DNA of 64,000 nucleotides from Veleropilina oligotropha (Eukaryota): NCBI GenBank assembly GCA_048128005.1, contig JBEUKZ010000023.1, positions 124,001 to 188,000 of the forward strand, read 5' to 3'. Shown piece by piece: positions 1 to 8,360 of this stretch (position 1 is its first letter; each line of letters starts with the position of its first letter). The notes under the pieces were generated by a model. It saw only the letters and a program-made list of their open reading frames with translations, ran no database searches and was not told where the DNA came from. The position numbers and the translations under genes were made by a program.

Positions 1-776
1 TCGCTCTTGTCTCTGGTGAGCTTACGATGCCGGAGCACACGGTCGTAGAGGATGGCGATGCGGCCCGAGTACTGGTTGCGTATCAATCTGGCCAGTTCTG
101 CCTGGGTGACCATGTCATATTCCAGGCTAATATTCTCGATGCTATAGCTGGCACTGGGGTCATCCGTGTCCTTGATAGTCCTTGAATAGTCATTGAACGT
201 TAGTTCGTACTCGAGCCTGTCCCCCAACGCGCTCTGGTAGAATGGCATGTGGCTTTCCAGCAACTCGAAGTCCAGCGGGATGCGAAATCTATTACCATAA
301 GCGTCCGATATTGCCACATGCTGAGTCTCTCTGAAGGCGTTCGCCGCACCAACACGCAGTCTGGTAACATTTGTTGACTCGCTGGTATCAATCCCTTGGT
401 ATTGGGCATTCTTGCGTTCCTGGGGTGTCTTCCAGAGATGGTTATAGCATTGATACACGTCGGAGTCGTCGATAGACATGATCTCGTTTCCACTAATCTT
501 GATCGTGGTCTTCTTGATCACGGCACGACCAAGGTTCTGAACTACGGTTCTATTCGGGTTCGACGAGTTCAGAGAGATTGTAAATGCCAAGTGGGCAGTC
601 CCTGGAACGATAACGTCATGAGCCCCGAGATTAGGGAACCTAACCAACAGCTGCTGGTTGGCGGCAATAGTTGATGGGTTGTTGGTTATGGTAACCGACT
701 GGCGAATACCCTTGACCCCAAGGGGCTCTCGCAGTCTGCGGTATGGATCAAGCTTGCGTCCGTATAGGCTGGCCAT
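1..776 (-). CDS. Putative major capsid protein (double jelly-roll/hexon-like), N-terminal 258 aa; 3' end outside window
   Basis: Hand translation from ATG 776 is open to base 1: MASLYGRKLDPYRRLREPLGVKGIRQSVTITNNPSTIAANQQLLVRFPNLGAHDVIVPGT...FRIPLDFELLESHMPFYQSALGDRLEYELTFNDY...IENISLEYDMV. It resembles MCPs of invertebrate Polinton-like viruses. It is absent from the ORF track because it has no stop in the window. Confidence 0.75.
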   Translation of the reverse strand, partial: MASLYGRKLDPYRRLREPLGVKGIRQSVTITNNPSTIAANQQLLVRFPNLGAHDVIVPGTAHLAFTISLNSSNPNRTVVQNLGRAVIKKTTIKISGNEIMSIDDSDVYQCYNHLWKTPQERKNAQYQGIDTSESTNVTRLRVGAANAFRETQHVAISDAYGNRFRIPLDFELLESHMPFYQSALGDRLEYELTFNDYSRTIKDTDDPSASYSIENISLEYDMVTQAELARLIRNQYSGRIAILYDRVLRHRKLTRDKS

Positions 777-830
777 GTTGTTGTTAACAGTATGAACGTA
801 TTAGATGCATATCCAAGCGGTTGTATTCAA

Positions 831-2091
831 ATGGCGGAATTCGAGAACCCCGCGTTCGAGCCCGATATCATCGACGATGATGATGTGGTTGGATCCACTG
901 ACTGGATTGTGCCGGCACTGCCACAGGAAGGAACCAGCGGTCTGCGGCAAGAGCTCGTTCAAACAGCGGTTGATGACTACTACAACGCCCTGTCAAAGGA
1001 GGGGCAAACCCCCGCCACGGGGCGTGATTATTCCAGGTTCGATTACGTGGATGGGCGATGGCAGATGAAGGCCTATCCACACATCGATCTCATCAATTCT
1101 AGCACTGGTAAACCAAAGTCTTTGGCAACAATAGCTGGCCGGCGTGGTGGGGGTGGTGCCATCAGAGATGGGTTGGGTTTTGTAGACTGGAAGCGGGGAC
1201 AGAAGATGTCCTCAAAAGCGGTTGCAGCTCTTCAGACAGCCGACAATGAGTTGAGCGGTGCGGCCGCCAATGTAGACAACGTAGAACTGCACGACTTGGG
1301 GCGAACAGCTAATGATGCATCAGAAGCAATCCACAAAATGGAGACGACTTTCACAGATGCTGAGGTTGATGAGATCTTGAGCACGATGGGGACCCTCCAT
1401 TAAATCTTCGTGAGCTTCGCGGGCTTGACAAGGCAATGCAGACCATTCGAGGCGAGCTAACCAACAACTTAGCCAAACTATCGGCGCTTGATGAACACAT
1501 AGCGCTGGAGAAAAGGAAGCTCGACCAGGCAGATGAAGGGGTATGGAAGAGTTTGTTCGTCGACGAATCGCGGAAAGTTTGCGCGACTTAAATGATGAAC
1601 GAGCAGCTCGCCTAGAGGCAGCCTCGGCAAGCCGGGATGCCCTTCGCTCTCAAATCAGCCGGATCCGAGAGATGATAAGTCGGATTCTCCACTCAGACAC
1701 GACGCTGGCCGAGCGCATCCGGACCCTGTTTCGCGAACAGGGGGTCACGATTGTGACCATACTCACCGCGATTGGGTTGGCTATCTCGACTTTGGTACTA
1801 GCCCTAACAGGCGGACCGCCGAGCATCTCACCACCACCACCACCTTCCAGTGGTCAAGGGATAAAGGAGTGGGTAAAAAAGCAGCTGCAGAACTTGGGTC
1901 GGATTCTGGGCAAACTAGCAGGGAAGGCGGCTGCCGCACTCCCATGAATACTTGGAAGCCTGCTTTCCTGGCTTATCAACCTGGTTGGCAAAACAGCGTC
2001 GTGGCTTGCTGACAACCTGTGGGCCGTGATTATATCAGTTGGGGGCTTGCTTCTTATTGCCGCTAGCCAGTGGGTGAAGCAAGCCAAATAA
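831..2091 (+). pseudogene. Viral coiled-coil/transmembrane protein (~420 aa when repaired); 2 frameshifts and 1 internal stop
   Basis: MAEFENPAF... shifts at ~1390 into DPPLNLRELRGLDKAMQTIRGELTNNLAKL, then at ~1541 into MEEFVRRRIAE...TLFREQGVTIVTILTAIGLAISTLVLALTGG. After TGA 1945-1947 it continues ILGSLLSWLINLVGKTASWLADNLWAVIISVGGLLLIAASQWVKQAK* to 2091. Confidence 0.75.
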
Positions 2092-3353
2092 ACGCTAGGC
2101 CAACGACAACGCCACCCACGATGAGTGCGGTTTTCTCCTCGTCATGTGGAACAGCAGCGGCCACAGCCGGCTCAGCGTTTGGATGCTTCGGACTGACTAC
2201 CGGTATGCTTGCATCTGCCCGTAAGACTGCGTGTGGAATGACCAGTCCTTTTTCTCCAGTCTCCCCAGTGGCGTTGGGGGCGGCACATTGGCTGTGTTGA
2301 CGGTTGTATTAAGACCTAGTGTCTGGTCTTGTGTGGCAACGACGATTTTGTTGTTATACCCGGCGACCTGCCCGATTCGTAGAAGCATGTCACTTGGCGC
2401 CATATACAGGCCAACGCCGAATACGAAGTCTACCTTGGATCTGGCATACTGTAGCACATCTTGGTACCGTTTGATGGCTGATGGCAGGTCAACTGGAGAT
2501 GAGATGGCATCTTCCACGTTTGACAGGAACTGTTTTTGCGCGTCAAATGCTGTCCCACTACCCAGAATACTTGCACGTGTTTGGGCCTGCGCTCCAGGAA
2601 TCGCCCGGACGTAGGTCCTGATGGAATCATTGAGCCTTTCCACACCCGGTTGGGTAAATCCCGCCGATGTGTCCACAATAAACGAAGCCCATCCGTTTGT
2701 AAGCGCAGGCGCTTGCGCGATGTAGTCCACGTGCAGATTCGTGTTTGTCGTACCTTTTGTGAATGACATTCGACTGGGATCATACTCGTGCCCTATGGAG
2801 TGGTAGCCATTGTTCGTCCAGTAGCTGTAAGCGGTGCCGAGCCCTTTATTGGGACTCTCGACTCGCCAGTCGGTATGTGGAGACACTCCAAATTCGCTGC
2901 AGATCTTCTCATATGCCCTGCAGTCATACGGGTTGTCGAATGCATCCCACGTATGTCTTGTGGCAGCGGCGCCTGAATTTCGGACAATATCCTTCTGATC
3001 TGATAGTAGACGTGGAAGGTGAATATGGCTCTGGTCAGGGGGTCGGTTGCATTCAAGTGGTCTTCTGCAGATATCCCGGAACCCGTTGTAGCACACCAGA
3101 CTGCGAAATTGACCTTGTTCTGCCAAAACCGCATGGGCGTGCTGTTCCAATCCCGTATTAGCCGGTCACTCGCGACATGTGGGAGGCGGTATTTTTTAAA
3201 GACGTCTGGGTATGTTGCCTGGAATGTAGTGGTTGAGCTATTACCCACATTGATGCTTGGTCTTGTAAGCTGCTCATCTTTTATCTTTGCTGGGTACAAC
3301 CCACCAGTCTGATAAGCCGCCCTCCTATTAAAATCCAAGGCGCTCTTAGCCAT
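2063..3353 (-). pseudogene. Conserved-type viral protein with C-terminal TM anchor (~430 aa when repaired); 2 frameshifts
   Basis: The 186-aa ORF (…NFAVWCATTGSGIS…FHVYYQIRRIL…PLPQD) joins the 317-aa ORF (TWDAFDNPYD…LNDSIRTYV…YNNKIV) at ~2952. A second shift at ~2278 gives NATGETG…HDEEKTALIVGGVVVGLAFIWLASPTG* ending at 2063. Confidence 0.7.
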
Positions 3354-3357
3354 ACCT

Positions 3358-4014
3358 GTGTTTCACACGGTAACGAGTGTTCAAACGGGGACCGCGGTTG
3401 CCCTCCTGCAGCCGATAGATAACCGGGAAGGAAAGCTATGTGTCGGCTTGCGGTCGCTCGACTATTGGGTTGGTTGGCATAACGTACACGCTGGAGCCTT
3501 CTTCAAAACCCCCAATAACACAGTGTCAGTGGCACCAGGTTTCTACAGCTTCAATTCCCTCGCCAAGACTATGAAGAGGTCGCTAGTTACCATGCGGCTA
3601 GAGGTATGCCATGCTACCGGACTCGCGCAACTCGTTGTTCCAAATGGAACTCGACTCATGATAAGCGATGATCTACTAAAACTCCTCGGCTTCAACCTTT
3701 CTGGGTGGCTACACCCTGGGACTTATGACGGGAACAAGCCCGTAGGGTTTGCCATTGCTGCGACCCTGAACGTTCATCTGGCGCAGCTAAGTACAACATA
3801 CAATGTGAAAGACGGCGCCCCGAGCAATATTCTCGCGGTGGTCCCTATAACGTCGCAGATGTTCGGTGAAGCTGCCCACTTTCATAGTTATCCAGAATTC
3901 CGGCGACTGCAGGCCGGGTTACTCACAGAATTGAAGGTGTATATCACAGATTCAGATGGTAACCTGCTAGACAATCACGGTATGCCCATATCCGCCGTCC
4001 TTGAGATACGATGA
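3358..4014 (+). CDS. Putative minor capsid protein (penton-like, single jelly-roll)
   Basis: 218-aa beta-rich ORF with 'VAPGFYS', 'DGAPSNILAVVP' and C-terminal 'ITDSDGNLLDNHGMPISAVLEIR', the style of Polinton minor capsid proteins. GTG start. Confidence 0.7.
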   Translation: MFHTVTSVQTGTAVALLQPIDNREGKLCVGLRSLDYWVGWHNVHAGAFFKTPNNTVSVAPGFYSFNSLAKTMKRSLVTMRLEVCHATGLAQLVVPNGTRLMISDDLLKLLGFNLSGWLHPGTYDGNKPVGFAIAATLNVHLAQLSTTYNVKDGAPSNILAVVPITSQMFGEAAHFHSYPEFRRLQAGLLTELKVYITDSDGNLLDNHGMPISAVLEIR

Positions 4015-4358
4015 GCAGCATCTATGGGACCCTTCTTGCAGATGAGCCTTCAGCGACCCGGTGGCACTTTGTTCTTAGTTGTGGAGAAGCAAGCAAGAAA
4101 GGGCTGTTGATCAGGGAGTTTATGATTCCAAACACCGGAGGTCGGTTTGGGTTGAACCCAGACCTTCTAATGATCCACATGACGAGTGTCCAGCTGGCCG
4201 GCGGCACTCCCAGGGCATGTTATGTCAACAAAGTTGGCCTGGATACCCTCAAGCTAACACTCGCCTTTGCCCTCAAGGCCCCATGGGCGAATATTATCTA
4301 TTTGAACGTCAAGGTAGACCTTATATCCCAACCGGCTGAACAATATAGCTACCTATAG
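4011..4358 (+). CDS. Viral hypothetical protein, 115 aa
   Basis: Intact ORF. Its ATG overlaps the upstream TGA (ATGA) and its stop abuts the next ATG. Confidence 0.65.
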   Translation: MSSIYGTLLADEPSATRWHFVLSCGEASKKGLLIREFMIPNTGGRFGLNPDLLMIHMTSVQLAGGTPRACYVNKVGLDTLKLTLAFALKAPWANIIYLNVKVDLISQPAEQYSYL

Positions 4359-5006
4359 ATGGACAAACCCACGCTGTCATCAGCGCCAACGCTGTATCCA
4401 CAACTTGATGGCGGGCCTGGCAACGTTCCGAAAGAACTGCCGGAGGCACAGTCTTTCCGACTACAAAAAGTGAATGAGCTTCAGGCCCAGTTTGAGCGAG
4501 AAAGGGATGCTAGAGCCGCTCTCTATAAGAAGTACCGACGCGGCATGCTTGTCATTGATGGAATCGATAATGGGCTTATCGTCGCCAGTCTTGGAATGGG
4601 CGGTGCGGGTATTGGTCTACTGTCCACAATTATTGCGGCACCCGTTGTCTTAGCGCTTGAATTAGCAGCGCTGGGGTGCGGGGTCCTAAGCATGGCCGGT
4701 AAATATGTTATCCGCCGCCTCCAGACCAAAGCAAAGAAACACGACGAGATCATGATACTGGCCGACAGCAAGCTGAATACCGTCAGAGACCACGTTTCGA
4801 AGGCTTTGGCGGATGGACATATCTCCGACAACGAGTTTCAACTCATAACTGGGGAGATGGAAAAATATCAAGCTATGAAGGCATCAATTCGGGATAAGAG
4901 TACAAAGGCACACACTGCGATTTCACAGACCCAAGGCGAGCTTATTGAGCGTGTTCGTAAAGAGGCCCGCGCTGAGTTACTGAAAAAATTCGGAGTTGGC
5001 GACTAA
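4359..5006 (+). CDS. Membrane-active two-TM/coiled-coil protein (adintovirus 'GasderminX'-like), 215 aa
   Basis: LYPQL…FRLQKVNEL…LYKKYRR, a Gly/Ala-rich hydrophobic hairpin, then KAKKHDEIMILADSKLNTV…SKALADGHISDNEF. This pattern is typical of a conserved Polinton/adintovirus ORF. Confidence 0.65.
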   Translation: MDKPTLSSAPTLYPQLDGGPGNVPKELPEAQSFRLQKVNELQAQFERERDARAALYKKYRRGMLVIDGIDNGLIVASLGMGGAGIGLLSTIIAAPVVLALELAALGCGVLSMAGKYVIRRLQTKAKKHDEIMILADSKLNTVRDHVSKALADGHISDNEFQLITGEMEKYQAMKASIRDKSTKAHTAISQTQGELIERVRKEARAELLKKFGVGD

Positions 5007-5088
5007 CCATTCAGGTTAATCTGGAGCAGGGCTTCCCCCCTCCCCCGTATTAAAGCTAGAACTCAGACAGTGATATCTGGACACAACC

Positions 5089-5493
5089 ATGAACTCCATG
5101 CTACTTCTGTGCATTGCCGCGGTGTCCTGGCTAGCGGGTGTCTCCCAGGTGTCGTCACACGACACCGCACTAATTCTCGAACATACGTGGGCTAGGTACC
5201 GAAACCACCCCATGTATAACATACGACTTGATCCCTTGTGGAGAAACTTGCTACGAAACCACCCTGAGGTATCCCCACCTTCATGCCACTACTATGTTAT
5301 CGGGGATAATGACTGTGGCCCCACACCCCCACATACTGTCATATGTGTCCAGTGTGAACACCCCTCCCGATGTACTGGTAAAAACGGGCATTATTACTCA
5401 ATGCTATCTGGCTGCGTTGGTACGTGGAGTCAAATAGGACACCAGTCGTCATGCAACTGTACTTTAGCCAGTGGGAATTACATCTACATTTAA
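5089..5493 (+). CDS. Secreted cysteine-rich protein, 134 aa (possible cystine-knot)
   Basis: Good Kozak context (acaaccATGA), signal-peptide-like N-terminus MNSMLLLCIAAVSWLAGVSQVSS, 8 Cys in the mature part ending in CNC. Confidence 0.65.
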   Translation: MNSMLLLCIAAVSWLAGVSQVSSHDTALILEHTWARYRNHPMYNIRLDPLWRNLLRNHPEVSPPSCHYYVIGDNDCGPTPPHTVICVQCEHPSRCTGKNGHYYSMLSGCVGTWSQIGHQSSCNCTLASGNYIYI

Positions 5494-5524
5494 CTGCTGT
5501 AATTCTACCCCCTCTCTCGGGTAG

Positions 5525-5707
5525 TCAGCGTCTAAGCTTACCACCCCGCCTTGACTTGATACAGTGAAAAAAACATATTTTCCATAGCCTATTGGTTTCT
5601 CCCGCGTCTATTAATAGCCCGTTCGCCACGCTTCTATCACAAGCCATCGCGTCGCGTATCTCGCGGTTGGCGAGCAGTTGGTCTATATAGTCATCCATAG
5701 TCGCCAT
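5525..5707 (-). CDS. Small viral hypothetical protein, 60 aa
   Basis: ATG in good context (caacATGG), basic C-terminus, lies in the tightly packed viral gene block. Confidence 0.4.
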   Translation of the reverse strand: MATMDDYIDQLLANREIRDAMACDRSVANGLLIDAGETNRLWKICFFHCIKSRRGGKLRR

Positions 5708-5755
5708 GTTGCTGGGTGGGTATACACTGGGATAAGCGTCTCTCTAATAGGAAAT

Positions 5756-6028
5756 TTAGGTGAGGTATATTGCAGCCATGCGCAGAAACTCTCTCTCGAA
5801 GGCCCTTTTCTTTCGTCCCCAGTCCTTAACGTTCTCATTCTGATACCCACAACCCCGGCACAACGTAAACCGGTTTATGACGCCTTTTCCGCATTTGCTG
5901 CAGGGCTTTGTACCCCGGCCCTTCCGGCGCCGAGCCAGGTGGACTTTGCAAAACTCTCTCAGACAACTCTTACCGCATAGTTCTGTTGAGCTTATGGTAA
6001 GCCATTGACAGGTGTCTTTGCCCTTCAT
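5756..6028 (-). CDS. Small basic Zn-finger protein, 90 aa
   Basis: C..C..C..CxxH followed by CxxC-x10-CxxC; Arg/Lys-rich; first ORF inside the viral terminus. Confidence 0.6.
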   Translation of the reverse strand: MKGKDTCQWLTISSTELCGKSCLREFCKVHLARRRKGRGTKPCSKCGKGVINRFTLCRGCGYQNENVKDWGRKKRAFEREFLRMAAIYLT

Positions 6029-6038
6029 CGTATCCTTT

Positions 6039-6352
6039 GCAGTGGGTATATCCGTCGCAGTGGGTATGTCTAAAAGAAGAGCCCGGGCCGGCGAGGGTAA
6101 CGGGCCGTCCCTAAGGGCTCTTACTACCAGCTCTGTTCAAACGGGCGTGGGGAGCCGCCGTTGCCCCCTCCCTGGATTAGTCTAAACTGCCCTAGTCCCC
6201 CCCCCCCCCCTGGGGGCTCTTACTACATACCCCTAAAAAAGCTGCTCTATTAGAGTCCCTATTCGCAGACCCTGCTGCTGCTTACTACATACCCCTAAAA
6301 AAGCTGCTCTATTAGAGTCCAATCACCCCCCCCCCCCCCCCCCCTGCTGCTG
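6039..6352. repeat. Terminal region of the viral element with direct repeats and poly-C tracts
   Basis: Exact 40-bp direct repeat cttactacatacccctaaaaaagctgctctattagagtcc at 6219-6258 and 6281-6320. gggctcttactac at 6115-6127 and 6214-6226. gcagtgggtat twice (6039, 6057). Confidence 0.75.
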
Positions 6353-6524
6353 GTACCGTATATATACCATCGTACGTGACTTAGCGGACTCGGCGGGTGA
6401 ATTATTAGCTCGTCGGACACTCAACCGAGATTGCCTCGGGACCAGGGTTTACTTCAGAGAATATAACAGTACGCTGAACCAAAACCACTAATTAATACAC
6501 TGCATTCATCTTATATAGCACCAT

Positions 6525-6745
6525 TCCGGTAGTCGTGTGATCTCGGCTGCCGACTCACTGGCTCGATTGCGCTAACTAACTGGAGTGGGTTCGAATCTCT
6601 GTTGTGGCAATGGAATTCTGTGTTCAGTTATCAATGACATTTGTCCGTAACTGGCAGGAGAGGGCGGGTTTCCCCGGGCGACCGGGCTTTCCTCCCGCGA
6701 TAATATGGATATGTCTTGAATTGAACCAGAAGGTTGATATCTATC
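6525..6745 (+). mobile_element. tRNA-derived SINE with V-like central domain
   Basis: B-box gggttcgaatc and central gcgggtttccccgggcgaccgggctttcctccc; same family as 46565 and 55707. Confidence 0.7.
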
Positions 6746-6757
6746 AGTTGAATCCTT

Positions 6758-6930
6758 AGCGGCATCGGCCGAAGAGTGGTAAGCGCGTCGGACACCCAAC
6801 CGAGACTGTCAGGAGAGCCCGGGTTCGAGGCCAGCCGACGGTTTATTTTACCGGTTACAAAATAATGAGCACTTGCCGTATATGTCGGTCAGACCGTACT
6901 GAGACCTTAAATCGGATGTCCTGACTGTGA
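6758..6930 (+). mobile_element. tRNA-derived SINE with Deu/Nin-like domain
   Basis: A-box-like gagtggtaagcgcg, B-box gggttcgagg, then gagaccttaaatcggatgtcc. A related copy lies on the minus strand at ~8035-8190 and a degenerate head at ~6382-6450. Confidence 0.55.
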
Positions 6931-7211
6931 TAAGTCTGAAAAGAGATCAAAGGTGGACTGGCTCTAGTTAACGGGAACCGGTTCGAATTCTTGGTGAGAC
7001 ACATTTATGCAGTTATCAGTATCAGTTGCCGATGATTTAAATAGAACTTGATTGGGTTTAGGAAGCGCATTACTGCCACTCATTTTAAAACCCGCTGAAG
7101 GCGAGTTTTCCCTACAGCGATAATATGGACATGTCCTGGTATGAACATGAAGGTTGTTACATCGGAAAACAGGATGAAATTTTCATTAACTAAATAAAAA
7201 GCGGGTCGTGT

Positions 7212-7400
7212 TCCGTCGTGGCTCAGTTGGTAGTTCACGGGATTTCGGTTGCCGAGTTTTGCGTTCGATCCCAGTTCTCTCGATTTCACTCGGGCAAAGA
7301 AATAAGCATATATTTACCTCTGTTCACCCAGGCGATCTGAATGGGTACCTGGTTGGCAGTTATGCAAGACACAGCGCTACCGCGTGTAGGCCTATTGACT
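7212..7400 (+). mobile_element. tRNA-derived SINE with CORE-like domain
   Basis: tggctcagttggtag (A box), gttcgatccc (B box), then ctcgggcaaag…cctctgttcacccagg…aatgggtacc. Confidence 0.55.
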
Positions 7401-8277
7401 GTAATAACTCCCTCGATGGAGTCTCCAAAGGAACAGACCTATACTCATGGTAATAATGTTCCACGCATTGAGATTTTTCAAAAATGCACTCTACTCTACA
7501 GGACCTGAGTATCATTAAAAATATATTCCACTTTTTGTAGTTTTTTCATTCGAAGGCATAGTTCTATCAGAGTTAATGTAAATGTCTCAAAGAAAGCTCA
7601 TATTAACGCAATGAGCTCTACTTCGACCTTGGTCGATGCACCATGGTGAACATGCCCAGTATTTTGAAGATTACAGTGTTCTATAATTATCACGACATAA
7701 ATTAATTATTGATAGACATATCATGGAACCTTGATCAAGTGAACTTCGGCAATGCATAATGTTATAGGCGCATATACAGTATATAATTATGTTGAAGCTC
7801 CAGCTATTCATCTTTAATGACATCGTTTTCAAAACCTTCATATCAGGTTCATACCAGGACATATCGCTGTAGGAAAGCCTGGTACTCCGTGAAAACCCAC
7901 CCTCATCGATATCAGTTATGACTAGTGTGACTGTTAACTGCACAAAGATGCTCAGTTAGACAGAGAAAGAAACTATGGCTATTTAGTTGATTTGTTTTAT
8001 GACCACGTTTGACAATTTTTTCAGCTTTATTGCGGTCGGGGCACCCGGTTTTAAGTCTCACTCCGATCTGAACGACATATAGGGCATATGTCTCTTAGCG
8101 GTAGAATAAGCCAACGGCTGGACTTGATCCATGGCCCTCCTGATATTCTCGGCTGAATGTCCGACGAGCTGACCACTCGCCCACCGAGTTCGTTAAGTCA
8201 CGGTGGTATATAAGGTGTATGCAGAGTATTAGTGTCGTATGCCCAACTGTTCTATTCTCTGAAGTGACAGAATGATT

Positions 8278-8360
8278 AACTCGCAATATGTGAATTACTA
8301 ACTCGCAATTGCGAATTAGTAACTCGCAATTGCGAATTAGTAACCCGCAATTGCGAATTA
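8278..8360. repeat. 21-bp tandem repeat (aactcgcaattgcgaattagt) x~4
   Basis: Read directly from the sequence; the unit contains the palindrome tcgcaattgcga. Confidence 0.8.

Larger units (their letters stand above)
1..6352. mobile_element. Endogenous Polinton/Maverick-like virus (adintovirus-like), right part; continues beyond the left window edge
   Basis: Visibly GC-richer than the flanking host DNA. Intron-less ORFs abut or overlap (4011/4014, 4358/4359, 3353/3358). Capsid-like and penton-like ORFs are present, plus a repeated CTTACTAC terminal motif. PolB, integrase and packaging ATPase are not in the window. Confidence 0.85.

Noticed and set aside
200..674. ORFs 200-493 (-) and 396-674 (+)
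   Set aside because: Alternate-frame shadows of the capsid ORF 776->1.
6219..6320. 40-bp direct repeat with a 22-bp spacer as a mini CRISPR array
   Set aside because: Only two units, eukaryotic context and no cas genes; better explained as a viral terminal reiteration.
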